64,000 nt of DNA from Octopus sinensis. Its lineage: Eukaryota. Shown one piece after another: positions 21,541-33,800 of the stretch (its first letter is position 1; the number at the start of each line of letters is the position of its first letter). A model generated the notes under the pieces. It saw only the letters and a list, made by a program, of their open reading frames with translations. It did no database searches and was not told the DNA's origin. A program made the position numbers and the translations under genes. The stretch spans positions 12,524,001 to 12,588,000 of the forward strand of contig NC_043021.1 in assembly GCF_006345805.1 (NCBI RefSeq), written 5' to 3'.

Positions 21541-24500
21541 TATACACGACGGGCTTCTTTCAGTTTCCATCTACTAAATCCACTCACAAGGCTTTGGTCG
21601 GCCCGAGGCTATAGTAGAAGACACTTGCCCAAGGTGCCATGCAGTTGGACTGAACCCAGAACCATGTGGTTCGTAAGCAAGCTACTTATCACAAAGTCAC
21701 TCCTACACCTATATATTTAAAATATATATATATGTGTGTGTTTGTGTCTCATCATCTTGACATTACATGATAGTTGTAAAACAAGTGTCTCTGTCTTACA
21801 AGTGGCGTCATTTGTTTCTGGTCTTTTATGGAAATGTGTCTGACTATGGTGGGGGAAACATTATGTTGCTTGGAAACAGGTGAAGGTTAGTGACAGGAAG
21901 GGCATCTGGCCATGGAAAATCCCCTTCAATAAATACCGTTTGACCCCTAGAAAGCAAACATGGAAAAGTAGACATTAAAATGATGACGATTATTGGCACC
22001 AGGAATTGCATACAGCCATAGATCATTGCTTCAAGAAGTCTCATTCAACTCCAAAGCAGCTTGGAAAAACTGGACATATAAAAGCAATTATGATTTAGCT
22101 TAACACTCTCTTGTCCCTGATATTTTCATCCTTGATGCTATCTGCATTAAATATGTTAACTTTAACTTGACTATTGTCTTTTATGTGGGTGATGCCTCTG
22201 AAGTATTTTATTTATTATGTAATTTAGTCTTTAAAATATCCCAATTTTTTTTCTATGACTACTTGTGGTGCAATATCATACATCTACTTAAGACGGTGAG
22301 CTGGTAGAAACGTTAGCACGCTGGGCAAAATGCTTAGCCCGATTTCCGGCCCCCTAATTTCCCCCGATTGTAATGCTATGGATTACCATGATGAGGCAGA
22401 TTTGTGAAGGTCACTAACCACTCTGCCTGCAACATCAGGACTGAGCTGGTGGCCAAGATCAAGGAGGAGGTATTTAAAGACCTTCCCAGGGGCACAGCGA
22501 GGAATGCATGAGCCGTCGCTGAGGGCAGCTACTTTGAGTAAACTCTTATCTCCCAGTCACAATCTGGTTGATACTCTTTGATTTTTTTAAATACTTGTAT
22601 TTTTGGATGGGATTATTTATTTTTTCTATCTTTTTGTTCAAACTGTCAAATTTAACCCAAACACTCTGTTTTTTGGTTTGCTACCTTGTCATTTCCAGAA
22701 TGTGGCACCACCATGTGGAGGTCACCGTGTTGGCTCATTCCACTTATGAAACATTGATTGCTTCCCCATTCAAGTCTTAATTTCTTTGGTGTAGGGCTTG
22801 ATTACACTCCAATATCTCTGGGCTTTATCAGCTAAATATTTTATCCTGTTGGCTATTAACTTCCAGACTAGATGAAGGGCAGCAAAACGGAAACTTAGTC
22901 GAGGTAGGTGGGTGTGGGGCTTCCCATCTGTCTTAAATAACCATTCTTCTATACATGTGTGAAGGACATCCAGCTGTAGAAACACTGCCAGATCAGACCT
23001 GTCTAACCTGTGCTAGCATGGAAAACAGACGTTAAACGATGATGATGATGTGTGTGTGTGTGTGTGCATGTTTGGACAAAATTCTTGGAGGGAAATGGGC
23101 CATTGTTCATGCAATTCACCCCTCTCCATGCCACCGATGTTATCTAAGGGAAAGGCCACTGACTTTGGGCTAATACAGCTTGGCATTATTCTCCTCGCAG
23201 ACATTGCTGTCAGAATGCAAAGGACCAGAACAGATACAAGGCATCTTGTCTGACCCTTAAATAGCCCTGTTGTGAAGGTGCTTGGTTTAATGCTTAAAGT
23301 GATGTGCTCGCCATCACAAGATCATGGTTTTCATTCCCAGACTGGAGGAGGGGGTGTGCTTTGCTTTTTTGAGCCAAACATTTCATTTCCCTTTGTTCTG
23401 TGATTATTTTTGATATTTGTTATAGCTTGCCACACACCTGTTCAGGTAATGTTGATTTGATGGAGGGAGTGAGGTAATGTACAGCACGTACATTTGATCC
23501 CTATAAACAAACAACTCGTTAGGGTTATCTCTGTCGATTTTTCTATAGAAATTATAACCAGCACAGATTTTGTAATGACATTTTGTATCCAAGACATCTA
23601 ATGTAAACAACGAGATCAAAGATGAAAAATGGGTGTATATGTGCCACATTTCAGGAGTTCTTACTCCTTTATCAGCACCTATCCAACCCATTAACGATCT
23701 ATGAACTCGTTATTTAAACAGCCTCTAAATATAGTGGTGTGACATTATTGGATGTACCAGTTTTACATATTAAAGACATTCCTGGAAGCTGGTACATTAT
23801 TAATGACTTGTAGGGATGTGATATTTCGTTAAGCAATCAGTATATGCTACAAAGTATATTAAACGTTTTTATAAGTCTATACTGTCTTCTACTGTGTTAG
23901 CAGTGCTCTTAAAACTACAGAGATAACCTTAAAAAGTGATTTAATAGCACTGCTGACACATTAAAACACGCTACTTACTAATAAAAACCTTTAACCCTTT
24001 CGTTACTGTATTTATTTTGAAATGCTCTGTGTTTCTTTCGATTAATTTTAGATATAACAAAGAATTTAGTAAAATAACTTAGTTATCATTAAGCTGGTGT
24101 TAAGAACATAAATTGTGTCCAAGGTTTGGTGGATGATTTTAATTCAAAGCTTATAAAAACAAGACATTTGTACTACAGAGCTGGAGCTGATTTTAGGCAG
24201 GTTGGTATCAAAGGGTTAAAAATATGATGACGTTAACCCTTTTATTACCATATTTCTGTTGAGATGCTCTGTGTTTCTGTCAATCACTTTAAATATAACA
24301 AAGAATTTAGTAAAATAACTTCGTTATCATTAACCTGGTGTTAGGAACATAAATTGTTACTAAGGTTTGGTGGAAGATTTTAATTCAAAATTTATGAAAA
24401 CAAGACATTTGTACTACAGAGCCAGAGTTGGTTTCAGCCAGGTTGGTATTGAAAGGGTTAATAATCTTTGTATTATGGTTTTCAATCCTTATGCCACAAA

Positions 24501-27122
24501 TTATGTAATACAACTTCCTCATAACAGCTATCTTTTATCATTTACTTGTTTCATGACTGAAACAAGAGCCCTTGCTATTGTAGTTGGTCTTTGTTTAATG
24601 TAACATGACTAAGAGAGCAAACGGACGAGGGTGATTGCAGAAGATAAACTAAGATGAGATTGTGAAAGTATCTAGAACTGTGACTCCCAGCGTAGAGCTT
24701 GGGAAAATTATGGTAGGGCATGGGATCCAAATTTTTTTCCCTTTTTTTTCTTTAGTGGGATATGTAAATGTGAAAGTTTTTTTTTCACAGCAAACATGCT
24801 ACACTTATACGTTTTCCAAACCACTGGTGGAGGCATATATTTTTCTTGAAAGTTAGTGGGGCCTGGGGCAAAATAGGTTGGGAAATACTGATCTAGAATA
24901 TGAGAGAAAGAGTGACAGGATGGTAGAAGAGGGGATAACAGAAGGAAAGTGCTGTTTGGGAGTAATAGACGAGTAGAGGTAATGTGAGAGGAGCATTGAT
25001 GGTAGCTACATACCTAGTGGTAGCAGAAAGAGGGAGAGTGAGTGATGGATGTCAGTTATCTGTGATTGTGGAAGAGGGGTTTTGCATAAGGATTTGGAAT
25101 ATATCAAGTCTTGTAATAATCTGTTGTTATATATGTATTATGAAGGGAGAGAGAGAGAGGGGTAAGATGGTAAGGATAGTGGGAGGACAGTTGAATATGG
25201 GAGAGATCCATTGCTCTCCTATTTTATTTTTGTGGTGTGTTGTGGAGTGAAAAGGAGAGAGTGAATGGGGAGGTGAATGATGGAGTTGGGCCAGTTAGAT
25301 GATGATGATGATAATAATTATGTTTATGTATTTGTTTTGCAAAATTCTTGCTGTGAAAATGTGTGTTGAAACATAATAATAATGAAATTATTGTATACAG
25401 TGCTCAGGTGCACCACAACTTGTCAGAAAGTGCGTATAAAGTATATGCAGTAATGTACAAACGTCTGGAAAGCGAACAATGTATGAATCACATACATGCT
25501 TGTGTGTGTATGGAGGGGAGAAAATCAGGTGTAGTGTTGGTGAATCTTAGGAAGCATGGAAGTTTGAAAGGATGCAGTGCTCCGACAACTAACAACTGAT
25601 GCCGGCAACTCTCAGCATGAAAAAATGTTTCCGAAAGTCATGGGAGCTGTGCTGTTTTCTGACTTTGCAAACATGTCCACGGGTGTTACATGCTGCTAAG
25701 CATTTTGTCCAACATGCTAATGAGTCTGCCAGCTTGCCACCTTCGGTATAATAATAATAATACAACAATAATAATAATAATAATAATAATAATAAGAGCA
25801 CTTAGAGAGTGCAAACCTCTGCCAAGGCAACACCAGTGTCCTCTCAACGATTAGCTGGAGATGATTTTTAAAATGAGAATATCTGAAATAAACTCAACTG
25901 CTCTCACAAATGAGAATACTAAAAATGAACCCGACCGCTCTCAAAGATTAAGTAAAAAAAATAGGAAAAATAATCCAGAATCTTCGTCCGGTACCGGATC
26001 AATCCCAAAATCTAATCAGTTCATGTCAAACATCCCTGAAAGTTTCTTCCGAATCCATCCAGTGGTTCTTGAGATATCTTGTCCACAGACAAACAAACAT
26101 CACTGAAAACAATACCTCTGCCCTCACTAAGGCAGAGGTAATAATTTCAGCACAAAAGTTTCATACAAGACAAACAATCAGCTAATGAACCAACACCTCT
26201 CTTTCTCTCTCATATCGTCTTTTCCTCTTTCCCTTTCATATCATCTTTTCCTCTTTCCCTCTCCTCCAATTGCCACTATGCCAACTGAATTGCATTCTCA
26301 CAAACAGGTGCCAGTGATGGAGAGAAAGAGCATGCACACACATATTAGGTATTACCTTAGCTTACCTGGCAGTCAATTTTCATATAATAGTGGTTATTCT
26401 TTGTGTATTGGGCCTTAATTTAGCATGTTTGTTGAGTGGGTTGGTTTGTGTTACTATTTGTTTTGTCTTCCACACTAATTCCTTTAATACCTTTCCATCT
26501 ATTTTACCATCAATGTCATTGCCCCACCTCGACTACCCTTGCCTTCCTCTTGCTCGTCTCTCTTGGATATGGTCTTTGCTGATTTCTAAAAACGTTTTTT
26601 TTTTGCTTTTTATCTTGTGGGTTAATGGTGGTGATCATGGGTAGATTTAAATCTATTTTATTTCTATCTATCTATCTGCTCAGTCGAAATCGACTCTCGG
26701 TTACTCGTTGGATCAGTGTCCTCCGGTCAGTTCTATCCTGGGCCGCTTCTTTCAGATTGGCTATGTCCATTCCGGTATCACTCTTAATGGTGTCAAGCCA
26801 GCGGGTTCTTGGTCGGCCTCTTCCTCTCTTGCCACTGACCATTCCGAGCATGATGTCCTTCTCTAGGGATTTTCTCTGCATAATATTTACTGTGCGTTAT
26901 AACCCTTTCTACTATAGGCACAAAGCCTGATGTTTGTAGGGAAGGGGACTTGTCGATTACATCGACCTCAGCACTTGACTGGTACTTATTTAATCAACCC
27001 TGAAAAGATGAAAGGCAAAGCCAACCTTGGCAGAATTTGAACATATTCCTGAGCGTTATACTAATACATCTGTTTGTTTTGTACACCACCTGTCTTCGTC
27101 TTTTGTTTTTTTTGTAAATTCT

Positions 27123-27160
<38 letters not shown>

Positions 27161-30100
27161 TCACATACACACACACATACATTCTTTTACACGTTTTAAC
27201 CTAAAGGTTGTAGCCATGCTGGAGCACCGCCAATGTAATTCCTTTTCAATGTCCATTCTTATGTGATTGTCTTTTGGTGAAGGAGGGTATTTGACATTGC
27301 TGTCCTTTTTCAGTTTCTTGCTCTGATATAGGTTCTCTGCTTGAATGGGCTACTGTGTATCTCTTCCAGGTGGTGCTATTAAATTAGACATGGCCTGAGT
27401 CAACTCCGGCCAAACTTATCTAAGTAATATATATATATATGTGTGTATGTATGTAAATGTATGTGTATATATATCCGTGTGTGTATATGTATGTGTGTGT
27501 ATATATATATATGTGTGTGTGTATGTGTGTATATATAACTCCATTACACTCTTGGAGTGGTTGGCATTAGGAAGGGCATCAATCTGTAGAAACCATGCTA
27601 AACCAGACAGGAGTCTGGTGCAGCACCTCAGCTTACCAACCCTGGTCAAACCATCCAACATATACCAGCATGGACAACAGACGTATGATGATGATATATA
27701 TATATATGTATACACACACACGTACATCATCATCATGTAATGTCTACTTTCCAAGCGGGCATGGGTTAGACAGTTTGATATTTGTATATCGGACTCTGCA
27801 GCTGTATTGAGTCCGTAATTCAGTAATTGTATGCTGGTTTTTGTGCTTCTAAATAGAAACAGTAATTGCTATCTGTCTGTCGGTCAATATATGAATGAAT
27901 CAATAAAGACAAGTCTTTATTTATCCTCAATGGATGAGAAAACACCAACAAAGATTATCCTTTTGAAAGAATTTGCATGCTGCCACTTCTCTCTCCCTCT
28001 CCCCTCTGCTTTTCTCTTTGGCTATTCATACATACATACATGCATATGTGTATGTATGTGTGTGTATATATACGTGTGTGTGTCTGTCAGTATATATGTA
28101 TGTCTATGTATATATATATATGTATGTGTGTCTATGTATATATACATATGTATGTGTGTCTATGTATATATACATATGTATGTGTGTCTATGTATGTATA
28201 TATACATATGTATGTGTGTCTATGTATGTATATATACATATGTATGTGTGTCTATGTATGTATATATACATATGTATGGGTGTCTATGTATGTATATATA
28301 CATATGTATGTGTGTATCTATGTATGTATATATACATATGTATGTGTGTATCTATGTATGTATATATACATATGTATGTGTGTATCTATCTATGTATGTA
28401 TATATACATATGTATGTGTGTATCTATCTATGTATGTATATATACATATGTATGTGTGTATCTATCTATGTATGTATATATACATATGTATGTGTGTATC
28501 TATGTATATATGTATGTGTGTTTATGTATTGTGTAAATATGTGTCTGCATGTATATGTGTGCGTGTATGTATATGTGCGCGTGTATGTATATGTGCGCGT
28601 GTATGTATGCGTGTATATAAATGTGTGTGTATATGTATGCATGTGTGTATGAATGTGTGTGTATGTATGTGTGTGTATATATATATGTGTATATATGTGT
28701 GTGTGCATACGTGTGTGTGTATATGTGTACATACGTGTGTGTGTATATATATATATATGAATGTGTGTATATATATATATGTGTATATATATGTATGTGT
28801 GTGCGTGTGTGTGTATATATGTGTGTATACCTGTCTCTCTCTTTCTCTTTCTGTTAATTCAACTTTTGCTCACCAGTTTCTACCTCTCTTCCTTTCTTTG
28901 TCCGTCTGACTCTCTCTCTCTCTGCATCTCTCCCTCTCTTTCTGCATCTTTCTATCTCTCTGTGTGTCTGTCTCTCTCTCTCACTCTCTTTCGGCTTTCT
29001 TCCTCCTTTAGCTCTCCACACATTACTCCCATTGATTGCTTTCTTCCTCTCCTACACCCACATTCTCTCTCTCTCTCTCCATCTGTCCCTCTCTCTCTCT
29101 CTCCATCTGTCCCTCTCTCTCTCTCTCTCTCATAATTCTCTCCACCCTCATCCTGACATCATTAGCTACTACTGCTGACGCTGCAGTCGTTGCTACGGCT
29201 GCTGGCGCTGCAGCTGTTGCTACTGCTGCAGATATTGTTGGCCTCCCCTTCTGTCTGGCTAAGCTGCAAGAGGAAAGCGAGAGAGAGAGAGAGGAAGAAA
29301 GACAGTTGGTCAGTCAGTGACTGTGTCGAGTTGTTCTTGGTGAAATTGCAATGATTTATCTGTCTGTCTGACTTTCAGTCGGTCAGTCAAGCAATCAATC
29401 AATCAATCAGTCAATCAATCCAACCAGTCAATCACTCAGTCTATGTCTATTTGTCACTCAAACAGTCTGTGTTTGGTCTTCCTCCAGTGCATCAAAGCTT
29501 CTCCACCAATGTTTATAGGAAAGCATCTTGTTTCATTCACAAATCAAGTCAGTTGATTGCTTTTTACTTTCTCTTTCTCTTTGTTATTGTTGGTTAAATT
29601 ATGATTTAATTCTCTTTCCTTTTTCCATTAAAAAAAAAAAGAATTACATTATTTTTTTTTATAGAAATGTGTGTGTGTGTGTGTGTGTGTGTCTTTGTGG
29701 TATTTGCATATATTTCAAAATGAAGCTGGTGTGATGACATCAAAGACTGGACCCTGGGAGACAGATTTTACAGCTGTAGCATAAGACTGCAGTGTGTGTG
29801 TGTGTGTGAAGAAGTTGTGCCTGAGGGTCTACTCCCTTAGCTTCACTGGCACCTCCACCCTGCCCCGCTCCGAAATCATGAGGAGGGGCATACTTATTAA
29901 TTTATCTATTATGTGTTGTTGTTGTGTGTGTGAATATGTGATTGCGTGTGTGCATGTGTGTGGTGTGAATATGTGATTGTGTGTGCATGTGTGTGTGTGT
30001 GAATATGTGATTGCGTGTGTGCATGTGTGTGTGTGTGAATATGTGATTGTGTGTGCATGTGTGTGTGTGTGAATATGTGATTGTGTGTGCATGTGTGTGT

Positions 30101-30811
30101 GTGTGAATATGTGATTGTGTGTGCATGTGTGTGTGTGTGTGAATATGTGATTGCGTGTGCATGTGTGTGTGTGTGAATATGTGATTGTGTGTGCATGTGT
30201 GTGTGTGTGTGAATATGTGATTGTGTGTGCATGTGTGTGTGTGTGAATATGTGATTGTGTGTGCATGTGTGTGTGTGTGAATATGTGATTGTGTGTGCAT
30301 GTGTGTGTGTGTGAATATGTGATTGCGTGTGTGCATGTGTGTGTGTGTGAATATGTGATTGTGTGTGCATGTGTGTGTGTGTGAATATGTGATTGTGTGT
30401 GCATGCATATGTGTGAATATACGTGATTGTGTGTGCATGTATGTGTGTTTGCACATGAATATTGATGTGATTGCATGTGTGTGTGTGTGTGCTTGTGTGG
30501 ATACATGTGATTATGTATGCATATATGTGTGTGTGTGTGTATGTATGTGAACAGGCATGTGTGTGTGTGAATATATAAATACTCGTATCATCTCTGAATT
30601 AGAATGTATAAATGTGACTCTTTTAGTCACCCTCACACGGGATAACTCCTTTGGTGCTGGTGGTGCAATAGAATTAATCCAGTACAGCCTGCAAAATGGT
30701 TAGCAACAGGAAGGGCATCCAGCCAGTGAATGCATTCCAAGATAAATATGTTGGGCTCTCAGACATTCGTTTGTCATTTATTGAGTTTTTTTAACTATGT
30801 TTAATCATGTG

Positions 30812-30842
<31 letters not shown>

Positions 30843-33800
30843 ATATATAATATATATATATAAGAATTATAAATATTATTGCAATACAATAGTATCATTT
30901 TCCAGCTAAATAGAGGTAGAATTATAAATAGGAAATAGTGCCACATAAGGCACCAATGTTTGCTGGAAATAGCAGTCGATAACCATATGATGCTACGTAA
31001 AGCTTCACTGAATCTATAGATGCAAAGATGTGTGCAGGTGGTGAATGTAAAAAATTTTCATCTTATCTCCAAGGAGAATGCCAGATAAGCTTTACATAGC
31101 ATCGTATGGTTGACTGCTATTTCGAGCAAACATTGGTGCCTTGTTGCACCACTATTTCTTATATATATACCAGTCTCCATATTTCATTCCATAATGGCTA
31201 CCTCTGAAGAGCGCAGGATTACTTAATCGGACTGTTACCTAACACTCTGTTGAACCCATTGTGTGAAACCAGTTGGTAAGATCGGCCATAATGAATACGT
31301 ACACTTCGATTAATACACTCACTCTACTGACAGATATATGAATGTATTTTTTTCTCGATTTATGGACTCTTAGGTAGCTTACACACACACACACTCATAT
31401 ATTATTCTTAAACAAGAATGTTGTTAACAGGGACTTCAAAGCAAGGGAGATTGGTTGGCCAGGGACTTTAGTAGGAGTCACTAGCCCAAGGAGCCACAGG
31501 GTGGGTTGAACCCAAAACTGCATGGTTGCAAAGTATGCTTCTTAACCACAGCTGTATGTACCCCTCTTCATACATATATCTCCTACACATACATACAACA
31601 ATATTCCAAGTAGTAAAAATTTCTTCTTTTTTTTTGTTTTTATTGTTTTGTATTTTGAGTGTGTGTATGTGTGTTTGTATTCTTTTATTATATTTGTTTC
31701 AGTCATTTTAACTGCAGCGATGCTGGAGCACCACTTTTAGTCGAACAAATCGACCCCAGAACTTATACTTTGTAAGCCTAGTACTTGTTCTGTCGGTCTC
31801 TTTTGCTGAACTGCTAAGTTACGGGGGACACAAACACACCCACATTGGTTGTCAAGCGATGGTAGGGGTACACAGAAACACACACATATATATACGACAG
31901 GCTTCTTTCAGTTTCCACCTACCAAATCCACTCACAAAGCTTTGGTCGGCCCGAGGCTGTAGTAGAAGACACTTGCCCAAGGTGCCTTACAGTGGGACTG
32001 AACCCAGAACCATGTTGTTGGGAAGCAAGCTTCTTATCACACAGCCAAGCCCGCACCTTTACATATATAATATATATTTATTTATTTGCTCTCTCTCACA
32101 CACACATACATACATATATGTACGTTACTTATGTCTGACATTGTTCTTCCCCTCTTCCAGATATGATGTTCTGTTAGTCTTTATATAATTCCAATTTATA
32201 TTTTGATTAAGCAGATTAATCCTTTTTTTTTTGTATGTTACTTAATCCTCTTAACACAGAGATTGGTAGAGGGATGGAAAAGTGGATAGATAGATGGCTG
32301 GCTGGCTGTCAGTGAAACCTGTGTTCTCATATTAATTTAATTGGTTGCAGGACAGCAGAAGAGTGTGTGTGTGTGTGTTCGTATCATCATCATCGTCGTT
32401 TAACGTCTGTTTTCCATGCTAGCATGGGTTGGACAGTTCAACCAGGGTCTGGGAAGCCAGGAGTCTGCACCAGGCTCCAGTCTGATCTGGCAGTGTTTCT
32501 ACAGCTTGATGCCCTTCCTAATGTCAACCACTCCGTGAGTGTAGTGGGTGCTTTTTACGTGCCACCAGCACAGGGGCCAGGGGAAGCTGGCAGTGGCCAC
32601 GATCGATCGGTTGCTTTTTACATGCCACTGGCATGGGTGTGTATATATATTATATAAGATGGTATCAAAAAGTTCCTGGACTAGTTCTGTAGCATGCCAA
32701 CAGATGGCAGCACATGGTTGTATGCTCAGGTAGAGCTAGCAGTGACCTTCATGAGGCGGTGTGCTGTGTGACATTGCTGTGTTTACTTTGCAAGTTGTGA
32801 AATTTGTGTTTTTGAGATCATGTGTATGCTGTAGTCTGTGATTTTGTCATGGACAGGAACAAAAAGCCAATGTGAAATTTTGCATTGAACTTGGGAAGTC
32901 TGCTACAAAGACACTGAGCATGCTTCAGCAAGCTCCCGATGATGAGGCAATGGTTCATAGGCAATGTTTCAAGTGGCATGGGCACTTCGAAAGCAGAAGA
33001 AAATACCTGGAAGACAATGACCAATCTCAAAGACCTGCCATGCGAGTGACCTCTGGAATCCGGGAAACCGGCCCTTATGAGCCAGGCATGGCTCGAGAAG
33101 GAACAAAATATCTAGTGTTGCATCACCAATTCCACCGTATGTGTATATTAGTATTCCTCTTGTATTCTTTGACTTGTTGCAGTCATTTGACTGTGACCAT
33201 GAAGGGTATCCAAGAACAACAGTTGTAATTGCCTCATTTGTCTTCTGGCTGTCCACCTCCTCTATCCTCTCCTTGTTCTTGTTTTCTTCTTCTCTTTCAT
33301 CGTCTTCAATCACTACAGCAGTGGTTTTCAACCAGGGTTCCGCGGAACCTTAGGGTTCTGCCAGTACAGTCCAGGGGTTCCGCAAGAAGCTACAAAACTA
33401 CTAAAATCAGCAGTAATTTTTAATTCCCATATGCAGATATGTATGCAAAAGACTATTAAATTATTGCACAGGGGTTCCTCGAGCCAGTGGAATGTTTCCT
33501 TGGGGTTCCGCTCCAGCAAAAAGTTTGAAAAGCACTGCACTACAGTCTAGTTTTGTCCAATGCACTGAAATAAAGCAAAATTGACCAACCGGTTCTTTTT
33601 CTTTTTTCCTCCACTCATCCTTGCAGTGCTTCTGTGCCTCTCAACCAACCAACTAACATGAAAACTATTGGACGTTTGATCAGCCCTGTCGTATCAAGTA
33701 AGTCCATCTTCTTTAAAATAACCTCCTCCTCCTTGTTTTTCTTCTGCCTTTTATTCTTTCTTTTTCTTCTTCCTTCTCTTCTTGCTTTTCTTCTTTTTTC

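Noticed and set aside
22699-22780. Acceptor TTTCCAG followed by MWHHHVEV... as the missing Deltex exon
   Set aside because: No suitable phase-1 donor before the in-frame stop.
27831-30550. ORFs of 180-310 aa in a Deltex intron
   Set aside because: Minisatellite translations.
31174-31275. Exon-like segment (CAG...TTG|GTAAGA) as the missing Deltex exon
   Set aside because: Stops in all frames from the first acceptor; the wrong phases from the internal acceptor.
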